A DNA stretch of 64,000 nucleotides from an uncultured Ruminococcus sp. GTDB taxonomy: Bacteria > Bacillota > Clostridia > Oscillospirales > Ruminococcaceae. A model generated the notes under the pieces. That model was not told the DNA's origin. It did not search any database and saw nothing but the letters and a program-made list of their open reading frames with translations. The translations under genes were made by a program, and so were the position numbers. Location: assembly GCF_902762735.1 (NCBI RefSeq), contig NZ_CACWPP010000001.1, forward strand, positions 34,613 through 98,612, given 5' to 3'. This document shows, in pieces, positions 44,020 through 53,062 of this stretch; within the stretch, counting starts at the first letter, position 1, and the number at the start of each line of letters is the position of its first letter.

Positions 44020-45024
44020 TCAGCTCAGGAAATCGCTCTCGGTCTCATTTTTCGAGGGTCTGCCCATCAGCTTCTTTATGCTCTCACCCACAGGCGCACC
44101 CTCAAACAGCACTTTTGCCAGTTCTTCGGTTATGGGCATCTCGATACCCATTTTCTTAGCAAGATCGTAAGCATTCTTCGTGCAGGAATAGCCCTCAACA
44201 GTGCCGACCTGTCTTACCGCTTCGGCGGGGTCTGTGCCCTTGCCGATAAGTATGCCCGCGCGTCTGTTGCGGCTGTGCATCGAACAGCAGGTAACTATCA
44301 GGTCGCCGATGCCGCTCAGTCCCGCAAAAGTATCCTGTTCAGCGCCCATAGCCATGCCAAGTCTCGTTATCTCGCGTATACCTCTTGTCATCAGCGCCGC
44401 TTTGGTGTTGTCGCCCAGCCCCAGACCGTCGCACACGCCTGCCGCCAGCGCGATGACATTCTTCAGCGAGCCGCCTATCTCACAGCCGATGACATCATCG
44501 TTCACATAAACGCGGAAGGTGTTGTTCGAGAGGGTCTGCTGAATGAAATTCGCCGCTTCCCTGTTCTCGCATGCCGTACAGACGGTCGTGGGTATGCCGC
44601 GCGCAACTTCCTCCGCATGCGAAGGTCCTGTCAGCACAGCAATTATATTGTCGGGGAAACATTCCTTTTCCACCTCAGTCATTCGTTTAAGGCTGCCCGC
44701 CTCAAGACCCTTTGCGGTGTTCACGATTATGGTTTCCTTGTCTATGTAAGGTGCGGCTTCTTCGCAGACGCTTCTCACAAAATTGGAAGGTATGCCCACA
44801 ATGACCATATCCTTTCCCTTAGCCGCCGAAATATCGGTAGTCAGCTTGATGGTCTTGTTGACCAGCACGCCGGGCAGTTTGCTTTTCAGCTCTCCTGTTC
44901 GGTTGATGGTGTCTATCTCGTCCTGAAACTTGCTCCAAACCGTGACATCATGCCCCGCATTGTCGCACATTATAGCCAGCGAGAGCCCGAATCCGCCCGA
45001 GCCGAGAATAGTAATAGTTGCCAT
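44020..45024 (-). CDS. gpsA: NAD(P)H-dependent glycerol-3-phosphate dehydrogenase
   Basis: ITILGSGGFGLSLA Rossmann motif. ..GSLKNVIALAAG.. ..TCCSMHSRNRRAG.. Confidence 0.95.
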   Translation of the reverse strand: MATITILGSGGFGLSLAIMCDNAGHDVTVWSKFQDEIDTINRTGELKSKLPGVLVNKTIKLTTDISAAKGKDMVIVGIPSNFVRSVCEEAAPYIDKETIIVNTAKGLEAGSLKRMTEVEKECFPDNIIAVLTGPSHAEEVARGIPTTVCTACENREAANFIQQTLSNNTFRVYVNDDVIGCEIGGSLKNVIALAAGVCDGLGLGDNTKAALMTRGIREITRLGMAMGAEQDTFAGLSGIGDLIVTCCSMHSRNRRAGILIGKGTDPAEAVRQVGTVEGYSCTKNAYDLAKKMGIEMPITEELAKVLFEGAPVGESIKKLMGRPSKNETESDFLS

Positions 45025-45061
45025 TTGTCATACCTCCCGTTTATTGATCGTTGTCAAAAAA

Positions 45062-45110
45062 CTCCTAATTTTGATATGTATTGCTGATGATACAAAACCA
45101 AATTGGGATT
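45062..45110 (-). repeat. R1 repeat, copy c (reverse orientation)
   Basis: The reverse complement aatcccaatttggttttgtatcatcagcaatacatatcaaaattaggag matches copy a with 2 substitutions. It lies 38 nt upstream of the gpsA ATG in sense orientation. Confidence 0.8.
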
Positions 45111-45182
45111 CAAAAAATATTGATCGTTTACCAGATTATATCCCAATTAAGTGACAGTTATGTGTGCATATGGCGAATATTA

Positions 45183-46127
45183 TCACTTTTCCGCCGAACT
45201 GTCTTTCTTTCTGCCCATAAGATACAGCACCGCCCACAGCACGCAGAAGCCTGCCCACACAGCCACCGATACGATGCCTATACTTATTTCAGAGCAGAGG
45301 TCAATATTCCACCAGAATGCCATCAGCGCCGTAGTCACCTTTGACCTGTCAGCCAGCTTTACAGCGGCAAAATGCTCCTTTTTCACAGCTTTGACCGCTA
45401 TGACCTCACATATCGCGAGAAACGCGATCAGCACAGCATGCGGCACAAGTATCAGCCACTTGCTCATGTACCTGTCAAAATTTCCAAAATAAGCCAGACC
45501 TGCATAATTGGGGTCAAAGGCATATCTTTCATCACTCGGCATTCTTTCGCTTATAAAAAAGAAAATCAAAAGAGCGCACACCTCGATGAGCCATGCGGCG
45601 ATACGGCTGAGCCTTATGCCCTTATTGGGATCGTCCTTCTTTTCGGCTTTATCCTTGTGGGTCGCATAAATAACTATCAAAGCGGTAAGCCCTATAAGAA
45701 AAGAGAAAAAAACACTCGTCATAAAAAGGGCCCTAACATTTTTGTCGATGCCCTGCTGTATGATGACACCCCTCGAAGCACTTACGAACATAGCATTGAA
45801 AGACAAAAGCACAGCATCAGTTGTGAAAGTTATCACCGTCCTGAAAAGCCTTTCGCCCTTTTCGTTCATTTTCAGACCCACATTTTTCCTGCTTACAAGG
45901 TAATTGACCAGTGCCGCGCCGCCTGTTGCCAGCCCGCCCATCAGCTGCCAGTAAAGTCCGTAATATTTTGAAGCGATAACATCAAAATTACCGTAAGGAT
46001 CAAAATGCACGCCTATCTCCTGCGGGTAGCTGTTCCACTTCATCAGGTAGATCACCAGCGTCACCACGATCGCGGTCGGGTTAAGCCAGAATAATATCCT
46101 GTGTATCACTTTTAGTGTTTTGTTCAT
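45183..46127 (-). CDS. Multi-pass membrane protein with two DUF1648-like repeats
   Basis: ORF 45183..46169; start moved to ATG 46127 (GGGAGA upstream). Repeated motif YPQEIGVHFDPYGNFD / PSDERYAFDPNYAGLAYFGNFD, each followed by TM helices. Confidence 0.75.
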   Translation of the reverse strand: MNKTLKVIHRILFWLNPTAIVVTLVIYLMKWNSYPQEIGVHFDPYGNFDVIASKYYGLYWQLMGGLATGGAALVNYLVSRKNVGLKMNEKGERLFRTVITFTTDAVLLSFNAMFVSASRGVIIQQGIDKNVRALFMTSVFFSFLIGLTALIVIYATHKDKAEKKDDPNKGIRLSRIAAWLIEVCALLIFFFISERMPSDERYAFDPNYAGLAYFGNFDRYMSKWLILVPHAVLIAFLAICEVIAVKAVKKEHFAAVKLADRSKVTTALMAFWWNIDLCSEISIGIVSVAVWAGFCVLWAVLYLMGRKKDSSAEK

Positions 46128-46225
46128 GTCGTTCTCCCTGTTTATCCCATGATACGCCCATGCGTACAAAAGCGCAGTATTTCAGCGTCCCTGTACGCAT
46201 GTCAGCTTTTATAGACTTATTTCTG

Positions 46226-46546
46226 TCAAAGACCGTATTTCTCACCAATATCAAGCAAGTAATGCCCGAACACAGCACGTTTCCGCACATCGACAACTAT
46301 CACGGCATAAGTATCCTCCCGCACACCGTAAAGCAGTACATGCTGATAACTGCCGCCGCCATTCTCATAGACAGCCTCGATCAGCCTGTTTTCAAAGCCG
46401 TATTCGGAGATCACCTCACGCACCCCGCTTTGTGAAGCATAAGCCCATATATCTGTAAGCCGTTCAGCCGTATCGGTAACATTCTTCATACCGTCCGACA
46501 TGGTGGCAAGATACTCTTTTTCGGTGAGTTTGCGGGCTGAGATCAT
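46226..46546 (-). CDS. Hypothetical small cytoplasmic protein (106 aa)
   Basis: ATGA overlap with the plsY stop (46543-46546). No recognised motif. Confidence 0.6.
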   Translation of the reverse strand: MISARKLTEKEYLATMSDGMKNVTDTAERLTDIWAYASQSGVREVISEYGFENRLIEAVYENGGGSYQHVLLYGVREDTYAVIVVDVRKRAVFGHYLLDIGEKYGL

Positions 46547-47223
46547 TTATCTTCCTCTTTCACAGCCGCCTTTTTCTGTCCAAATTTATTCTCAGTGCCA
46601 TTCATAAGGCGCTTGATGTTAGCGTGATGAAGTGAGATTATCAGCACACAAATGCACACGCCCATCAGTGTATTTGGTACGACTGCATAGCCGCCCTTGT
46701 AGACAAATCTCTGCAAAATAAAGGTGAATGTGGGGTAGGCGACAGATGCGAATATCGAACCGACAGACACATATTTCGTTGCCGCCAGAAGTATCCCGAA
46801 CACAGCCAGTGCGCAAACGCAGGTCAGAGGGTCGATGGCGAGCAGGGTCGTCGCCGCCAGCAGTACGCCCTTTCCGCCGTGAAAACCGTAAAACACAGGG
46901 AAACAATGCCCCAGCATAACGCACAGACCAGCCACATAGCCGATGAAATGCGGGTCGTCGAAAAATTCAACGCCCATAGCCTTATGCACTACCAGACGAC
47001 AGACTACCACTGCAATAACGCCCTTCGCCAGGTCGCAGAGCAGTGTTGCCAGCGCAGGACCCTTGCCGTAAACGCGAAGCACGTTCGTCAGCCCCGCGTT
47101 TTTGCTGCCGTAGTCGCGTATATCCTGCTTTTTCCATAGCCTGCACACGATTATCGCTGAATTCAGGCTTCCCAGAAGATACGAAAAGAAAACTGTGAAT
47201 AATATAGCCAAAACGTCTTTCAT
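46543..47223 (-). CDS. plsY: Glycerol-3-phosphate acyltransferase PlsY
   Basis: ..YLLGSLNSAIIVCRL...DIRDYGSKNAGLTNVLRVYG.. Multi-TM. Confidence 0.9.
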   Translation of the reverse strand: MKDVLAILFTVFFSYLLGSLNSAIIVCRLWKKQDIRDYGSKNAGLTNVLRVYGKGPALATLLCDLAKGVIAVVVCRLVVHKAMGVEFFDDPHFIGYVAGLCVMLGHCFPVFYGFHGGKGVLLAATTLLAIDPLTCVCALAVFGILLAATKYVSVGSIFASVAYPTFTFILQRFVYKGGYAVVPNTLMGVCICVLIISLHHANIKRLMNGTENKFGQKKAAVKEEDK

Positions 47224-47233
47224 GTTTATGCTC

Positions 47234-48565
47234 CTACTTTACATCATCTCTGTCACGTTCTCTTATCTTGAATACTATGGGCGTACCGTCCAGCGAGAAT
47301 GTTTCGCGTATCTGATTTTCAAGATACCTCTGATACGAGAAGTGGAACAGTTCAGCCCTGTTCACAAAGTAAACAAATGTGGGCGGGTTTGTGGAAACCT
47401 GCGTCATGTAGTATATCTTGAGTCTTCTGCCCTTGTCGGAGGGCGGCTGAACGCGCTGTGTCGCGTATGCCAGCACTTCATTCAGCTTACCTGTCGCTAT
47501 GCGCACAGAGTTCTTTTCCTTGACATATCTTATCATCTCAAACAGCTTGTCCACGCGCAGACCTGTCTTTGCAGACACGAAAACGAACGGCACATAACTC
47601 ATAAAGCTGAAATCATTCTCCAGCTTTTTGCGGAACTCGTTCATCGTTTTGCCGTCTTTTTCCAGCGCGTCCCACTTATTGACAGCCACAACGCAAGCCT
47701 TGCCCTTTTCGTGAGCGTACCCCGCAACCTTGCTGTCCTGCTCGGTAAAACCGACAGTCGCATCTATGACTATGACAGCCACATCAGCCCTGTCCACCGC
47801 CATATAAGCCCTCAGCACCGAATATTTCTCGACTGTTTCCAGCACCTTAGACTTGCGGCGTATGCCCGCAGTGTCGATAAAAACGAATTTGCCGAACTCA
47901 TTTTCGATGTCCGTATCCGTCGCATCACGGGTAGTGCCTGCAATATCCGATACTATGACTCTCTCCTCGCCGCAAATGCGGTTTATCAGTGAAGATTTGC
48001 CCACATTGGGCTTACCGATGACTGCCACTTTGACAGCTTCATCGTCATCTTCATCAGCAGAGATCTCAGGCAGATATTTCAGCACCTCGTCCAGCATATC
48101 GCCCGTACCGTGACCGTGTACCGATGACACAGGGAACGGTTCACCCAGACCGAGATTGTAAAATTCATACAGTTCCATCGGAGGTTCGCCCACGTTATCG
48201 ACCTTATTCACGCACAGCACCACAGGCTTGCCTGATTTCATCAGCATCTGTGCGACCTCCATATCAGTCGATGTGACACCGCTTTTTATATCGGTGACAA
48301 GTATTATCACATTAGCCGAAGTTATAGCCAGTTCAGACTGTCTGCGCATCTGCGACAAAATAATATCATCGCTCTCAGGCTCGATACCTCCCGTATCCAC
48401 CAGCATAAATTCTCTGCCCAGCCATTCACATTTACCGTAGATACGGTCTCTTGTAACGCCCGGTGTGTCCTCGACTATCGAAAGCCGCTGACCTATAAGT
48501 TTATTAAAAAGTGTTGATTTGCCCACGTTGGGTCTGCCGACAACGGCAACAACAGGCAGCACCAT
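47234..48565 (-). CDS. der: Ribosome-associated GTPase Der/EngA
   Basis: Two G domains (GRPNVGKST, GKPNVGKSS) plus a KH-like C-terminus. Confidence 0.95.
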   Translation of the reverse strand: MVLPVVAVVGRPNVGKSTLFNKLIGQRLSIVEDTPGVTRDRIYGKCEWLGREFMLVDTGGIEPESDDIILSQMRRQSELAITSANVIILVTDIKSGVTSTDMEVAQMLMKSGKPVVLCVNKVDNVGEPPMELYEFYNLGLGEPFPVSSVHGHGTGDMLDEVLKYLPEISADEDDDEAVKVAVIGKPNVGKSSLINRICGEERVIVSDIAGTTRDATDTDIENEFGKFVFIDTAGIRRKSKVLETVEKYSVLRAYMAVDRADVAVIVIDATVGFTEQDSKVAGYAHEKGKACVVAVNKWDALEKDGKTMNEFRKKLENDFSFMSYVPFVFVSAKTGLRVDKLFEMIRYVKEKNSVRIATGKLNEVLAYATQRVQPPSDKGRRLKIYYMTQVSTNPPTFVYFVNRAELFHFSYQRYLENQIRETFSLDGTPIVFKIRERDRDDVK

Positions 48566-48627
48566 AATATCCTCTCCTTCCGATCATACTCTTTTTATTA
48601 TACCATATCGCTCAAAAAAAATCAAGC

Positions 48628-48661
48628 AAAAATAAAAGCAGAGGAAACAGAGTTCCTCTGC
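48628..48661 (-). terminator. Rho-independent terminator after rpmF
   Basis: gcagaggaa / ttcctctgc stem. On the minus strand it is followed by ttttattttt. Confidence 0.7.
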
Positions 48662-48703
48662 CTGTATAGCTTGTCTTTTCAGACCTCTAAGGCACCAAAA
48701 GGC

Positions 48704-48886
48704 TTATGCATCCTTCTTGATGACCTGAACGCCCTTATAGAAACCACAGTTCTTGCAAACTCTGTGGGGCGAAGTCAGCTCGCCGCAGTTTGAACATCTG
48801 CTCAGTGCAGGCGCATCGAGCTTCCATACAGCCGAACGTCTCTTATCACGTCTTGCCTTAGAAACTTTTCTCTTTGGTACTGCCAT
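48704..48886 (-). CDS. rpmF: 50S ribosomal protein L32
   Basis: MAVPKRKVSKARRDKRR... with CSNCG..CKNCG zinc ribbon. Confidence 0.95.
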   Translation of the reverse strand: MAVPKRKVSKARRDKRRSAVWKLDAPALSRCSNCGELTSPHRVCKNCGFYKGVQVIKKDA

Positions 48887-48931
48887 TTTGGCACCTCCTC
48901 TTCGGTAGTAATATGACCTATCCCAAGACTA

Positions 48932-49390
48932 TCAGTCTTTCGGACAATCGCAGTCGCCTTCATTCAGATCTTTGCCGCATTTAAAGCACAGTCCCCTGCA
49001 ATCCTCCCTGCAAAGTATCTTTGTGGGAAGTGACAGCAGCATATCTGAGATTACCAGCTCATCCAGTTCAAGCACATTATCCTCACAGACCACATATTCA
49101 TCATAGTCATCGCGCCCGCTGTGGAGCTGTCTGACCAGTATATGCGAGAAATCGTAAGCATACTCACGCTCAAACTCTTTAAGACATCTGTCGCAGACCT
49201 GTGACAGGGTAAACTTTACCCCGAAATCAAGCGTTACAACGCCTGCACGGTTTTCAGCCCTGCCCCTGACTGCCATAGGTGCTGTAAAATCATAAGATGA
49301 ATACTCTCCGATCTGTTCAGGCTTGATCTCATAATCAAACTCCTTGACCTCGCCGACAATATCGAAAAGCTCTTTCAGATGTATTTTCAT
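48932..49390 (-). CDS. YceD/DUF177 family protein
   Basis: ORF 48932..49402; start moved to ATG 49390. C-terminal CREDCRGLCFKCGKDLNEGDCDC. Conserved pairing with rpmF. Confidence 0.85.
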   Translation of the reverse strand: MKIHLKELFDIVGEVKEFDYEIKPEQIGEYSSYDFTAPMAVRGRAENRAGVVTLDFGVKFTLSQVCDRCLKEFEREYAYDFSHILVRQLHSGRDDYDEYVVCEDNVLELDELVISDMLLSLPTKILCREDCRGLCFKCGKDLNEGDCDCPKD

Positions 49391-49416
49391 TGTACACCTC
49401 AAACATCACAAACTCC

Positions 49417-49445
49417 ATTATAACCCGAAGTCTGCGATTTGTCAA
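49417..49445 (-). promoter_or_regulatory. Sigma-A-type promoter of yceD-rpmF
   Basis: Minus strand TTGACA (49440-49445), 17 nt, TATAAT (49417-49422). Confidence 0.65.
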
Positions 49446-49547
49446 TAGTTTTTCTGATTTTTTTTGTTAATTCACAGTAAATTTTGATTTCACAGGGAAA
49501 TGCCGCCCCGCCTTATGACAGGGCAGCACACCCGCAATATCAACGAT

Positions 49548-49952
49548 TTACTTAATGAAAGCTCTTACCTTAGCAGGCAGATCTTCAACATCAGCAGATA
49601 CTGTGAAAACGATGTTTATGTCCTTAGCCAGAACAGCGATGGACTCCAGCATGCTGCCCAGTTCATCGTAATCCCTGCCGCCTATCTTCAGGATACCGTC
49701 AACAAAGATCTCCTGAATGTCGTGGTTGCCTGCCAGCAGACCTGCAACAAAACCATAAAATCTCTCATAGTTGCTGATAGCATAGTCCTCAGCATCCACC
49801 AGTCTTACACTGTGGGGAATATCGTAAGTGAGCTTCATGCCTCTCTCGATGCAGACAACGTTGCCCGTTGCCTTCTCGGCAGCCTTTACAATGGAGTCAA
49901 CAAGTACCTTAGTCTTGCCTGTACCCTTTTTGCCCGGAATTAAATTGATCAT
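49548..49952 (-). CDS. Small (134-aa) P-loop NTPase-like protein, unknown function
   Basis: ORF 49548..50021; start moved to ATG 49952 (GGAGAG upstream). Walker A PGKKGTGKTK. Candidate Walker B EIFVDG. Confidence 0.6.
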   Translation of the reverse strand: MINLIPGKKGTGKTKVLVDSIVKAAEKATGNVVCIERGMKLTYDIPHSVRLVDAEDYAISNYERFYGFVAGLLAGNHDIQEIFVDGILKIGGRDYDELGSMLESIAVLAKDINIVFTVSADVEDLPAKVRAFIK

Positions 49953-50036
49953 AATAACTCTCCATTCTGCTTTAAAAGCATTTATTTTAAGCGGCATCTG
50001 CCTAAGCGGTTTCAGCCGCATAATTCCTTGTTTTTA

Positions 50037-51368
50037 TCAGCCCAGCCTTGCTTCCAGCGCAGCCTTCTGATCCTCATAGCCGGGTTTGCCCAGCAGTGCG
50101 AACATGTTCTTCTTGTAGCTTTCAACGCCCGGCTGATTGAACGGGTTAACGCCCAGCATATAGCCCGAGATAGCGCATGCCTTCTCGAAGAAGTATATCA
50201 GTTCGCCCAGATTTTCCTCATCTATCTTGTCCATGTCGATAACAAGGTTAGGCACGCCGCCCTCAGTGTGAGCGAGTATAGTGCCCTCGAATGCCTTGCT
50301 GTTTACAACAGACATATTCTGGTTGGACAGGAAGTTCAGACCATCTCTGTTCTCAGCATCTTCCTCGATGAAGAAGTCCTGCTTCGGGGTCTTGATGTTC
50401 ACAACAGTCTCAAACATTATGTCCGAACCGTCCTGAATGAACTGACCCAGTGAGTGCAGGTCTGTGGAGAAAGTAGCGGCAGACGGGAAAATGCCCTTGC
50501 CGTCCTTGCCTTCGCTCTCGCCGAACAGCTGCTTGTACCACTCGCCCATCAGTGTGAAAGCGGGGTCGTAGGATACCAGCATCTCGACCTTCTTGCCCTT
50601 TCTGTAAAGGATATTTCTTGCAGCAGCGTACTTATAGCAGTCGTTGCCGTCATCGTTCGCATACTTCTGCTGAGCGTTTCTTGCGCCCTGCATCAGTGCG
50701 TCGATGTCGCAGCCCGCAACAGCTATCGGCAGCAGACCAACTGCTGTCAGTACGGAAAATCTTCCGCCTACATCATCGGGCACAACGAAAGTTTCGTAGC
50801 CCATCTCGTCAGACAGCTCTTTAAGAGTGCCCTTAGCCTTATCGGTGGTAGCGAAGATCCTCTCCTTAGCCTCATCCTTGCCGTACTTGTCCTCCAGCAG
50901 CTTCTTGAATACTCTGAAAGCCAGTGCAGGCTCAGTGGTAGTACCGGACTTGGAGATAACGTTGACACATATATCTCTGCCCTCACAGATGCTCAGCACC
51001 TCGTTGAGGTAAGTAGCGCTTATGTTGTTGCCGACAAAGTAGATGTCGGGGGTATCCTTCTTCAGGTTGTTGTAGAAGGGTGACTTCAGCAGCTCGATAG
51101 CAGCCCTTGCGCCCAGATAAGAACCGCCTATGCCGATAACGACCAGCACATCAGCCTTAGCCTTTATCTTCTCGGCAGCAGCCTTTATCCTTGCGAACTC
51201 CTCCTTGTCATAATCGGTAGGCAGCTCGACCCAGCCCAGAAAATCGTTGCCGGGACCGTTTTTAGCAGCAAGGGTATTGTGGGCAGCAGTGACAGCAGGA
51301 GCGATAGCATCAAACTCATGGTCAGCTACAAAGCCCTCAAGATATTTTGTTCTCAAAGTAAGTGACAT
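50037..51368 (-). CDS. pgi: Glucose-6-phosphate isomerase
   Basis: ~443 aa Gram-positive type. ..[14 protein letters not shown].. ..SKSGTTTEP.. ..[14 protein letters not shown].. ..[11 protein letters not shown].. Confidence 0.95.
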   Translation of the reverse strand: MSLTLRTKYLEGFVADHEFDAIAPAVTAAHNTLAAKNGPGNDFLGWVELPTDYDKEEFARIKAAAEKIKAKADVLVVIGIGGSYLGARAAIELLKSPFYNNLKKDTPDIYFVGNNISATYLNEVLSICEGRDICVNVISKSGTTTEPALAFRVFKKLLEDKYGKDEAKERIFATTDKAKGTLKELSDEMGYETFVVPDDVGGRFSVLTAVGLLPIAVAGCDIDALMQGARNAQQKYANDDGNDCYKYAAARNILYRKGKKVEMLVSYDPAFTLMGEWYKQLFGESEGKDGKGIFPSAATFSTDLHSLGQFIQDGSDIMFETVVNIKTPKQDFFIEEDAENRDGLNFLSNQNMSVVNSKAFEGTILAHTEGGVPNLVIDMDKIDEENLGELIYFFEKACAISGYMLGVNPFNQPGVESYKKNMFALLGKPGYEDQKAALEARLG

Positions 51369-51483
51369 TTCCAATCAGCCTTTCTTTCAATATTACTTTT
51401 ATTTATTATACAATATTTTTCTAAACTTTGCAAGCAATTTCACTCAGACTTGTCACTTTTGTTCATTCAGTACAAAATTCCTA

Positions 51484-52647
51484 TTAAATTTTAAGCATAT
51501 TTATCAACAACTGTTTCAAATTAAATGCAAAGCTGATCTTCCTGACTGCTTTTTCAGTCACCAGTTCGGCAGAATACATCTCCCTGCCGCCCAGCGTACA
51601 TATCAGCCTGCCGCAGACCTGTCCCTTTTTGACGGGAGCTGTCAGCTGTTCCTCTTTTTCAAATTTGATGTCAAAACTCGATGAAGAGCCTTTCGGAATG
51701 ACAGCGGCGGGCAGTTTTCCGAAAGTAACAGCCACTTTTTTCTGCTCACCGCCCGTCACAGGGATCTTTTCCAGCATTTCGGCAGTAGGTTCGGGGGAAT
51801 AGAGCGAGTAGCCGTCAAAGCACATATCAAGGAGCTTTTTCGCCATATCATCGCAGTTCTCACGCCTGTCACAGCCTATTATCACCACCGCTATGTCCAT
51901 ATCGCGGCGGCGGGCTGTTACGACTGCGCACTCCCCTGCCGCCGATGAACTGCATGCTTTCATGCCCGTAATGCCTTTATAGCTTCGCACAAGGCGGTTA
52001 AGGTTGACCAGTTCCGCCCTGCCGCCGCGAACATATTCCAGCCACGATGTAAAATAGGGTATGAGCATCTCGTGCCTCACCAGTTCCGCAGCCAGTTTAG
52101 CTGTATCTGCCGCATCCGAAAGGGTGCGCTCGTCGATGCCGCAGACATCTGCATACGTGGTCGAGCGCATGTCAAGCGTTTCTGCTTTGCGGTTCATCTC
52201 ATTCACCGCATTTTCCGCATTTCCGAAGATATGCTCTGCCAGTGCCACAGCACCGTCATTCGCGTTGCTGACGGTTATGGACTTCAGCAGTTCATCGACT
52301 GTTATCTTCTCATTTTTCTCCAGCCATATCTGCGGGGCGGGCTGGGCGTTGGCATTTGCGGAAGCTGTCACAGTATCATCGGGCAAAAGCTCACCGCTTT
52401 CCAGCTTTTCGGCTGTCAGCAGTACCAGCATGAGCTTGGCAAGGTGCGAAACTTCTGCCGTCAGCTCCGAATTTTTCTCCATAAGTACCTTTCCCGTGCT
52501 GCACTCGACAGCTATTATCTCATCTGCGGGCATCGCGGCGAGCAAGTCCTCCACCATGACCGTCTCGGCACATACGCGGCGCGGTATCGCCCCGTACAGC
52601 ACTGTCAGGCATATGAACATTATCGTCAGCTTTTTTCTTAGCTCCAT
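51484..52647 (-). CDS. Peptidase S11 (PBP5/DacB-like D-Ala-D-Ala carboxypeptidase) homologue with divergent active-site motifs
   Basis: Signal peptide. Overall S11 layout plus a PBP5_C-like tail. The expected SxxK, SxN and KTG boxes read VSHLAK, SNAND and KAC. Confidence 0.75.
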   Translation of the reverse strand: MELRKKLTIMFICLTVLYGAIPRRVCAETVMVEDLLAAMPADEIIAVECSTGKVLMEKNSELTAEVSHLAKLMLVLLTAEKLESGELLPDDTVTASANANAQPAPQIWLEKNEKITVDELLKSITVSNANDGAVALAEHIFGNAENAVNEMNRKAETLDMRSTTYADVCGIDERTLSDAADTAKLAAELVRHEMLIPYFTSWLEYVRGGRAELVNLNRLVRSYKGITGMKACSSSAAGECAVVTARRRDMDIAVVIIGCDRRENCDDMAKKLLDMCFDGYSLYSPEPTAEMLEKIPVTGGEQKKVAVTFGKLPAAVIPKGSSSSFDIKFEKEEQLTAPVKKGQVCGRLICTLGGREMYSAELVTEKAVRKISFAFNLKQLLINMLKI

Positions 52648-52718
52648 ATATATTCCTCCTTTTTTATTAATGATATGCAGACATGCCCGATAAATTACTG
52701 CTGCGCCGATATTTTAAA

Positions 52719-52884
52719 TTATGACTATCCCTTTAGCACACCACTGCAAAATACCTTCATCAATGAGGAAAAACTGAGTTGATGTTATCTTTCCCCCGCC
52801 GCAGGCGGGGGAAAGATAACCGCCAACGGTATTCAGTTCCTGATATAATATCATTTATTTTGGTGTATCAGCGGGATAATCACA
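52719..52884 (+). mobile_element. R2 MITE-like repeat, copy b (166 bp) with nested palindrome and 7-bp flanking direct repeat
   Basis: Same termini as 16804-16925 (ttatgactatccc...gggataatcaca). TTTTAAA directly abuts both ends (52712-52718 and 52885-52891). Confidence 0.7.
52784..52820. repeat. P palindrome (GC core), copy 2, nested in R2 copy b
   Basis: gttatctttccccc gccgcaggc gggggaaagataac: 14-bp perfect arms plus gcc/ggc. Absent from the corresponding point of R2 copy a. Confidence 0.8.
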
Positions 52885-52955
52885 TTTTAAACTGCATGAG
52901 TTTCATATTTTGGTCAAAGCGCATAAAATTTACAAAAACAATTCACTTTGCACTA

Positions 52956-52984
52956 TTGCAATTAGGCAAAAAGTATGGTATAAT
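52956..52984 (+). promoter_or_regulatory. Sigma-A-type promoter of the GH5 gene
   Basis: TTGCAA (52956-52961), 17 nt, TATAAT (52979-52984). Confidence 0.6.
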
Positions 52985-53062
52985 ATAGTTGCTTGTAAAG
53001 GTCAGGGCGAGGGGCTTTGACTGACGTTTAATATTTTAACATTTGTGATAGGAGAGATACAA

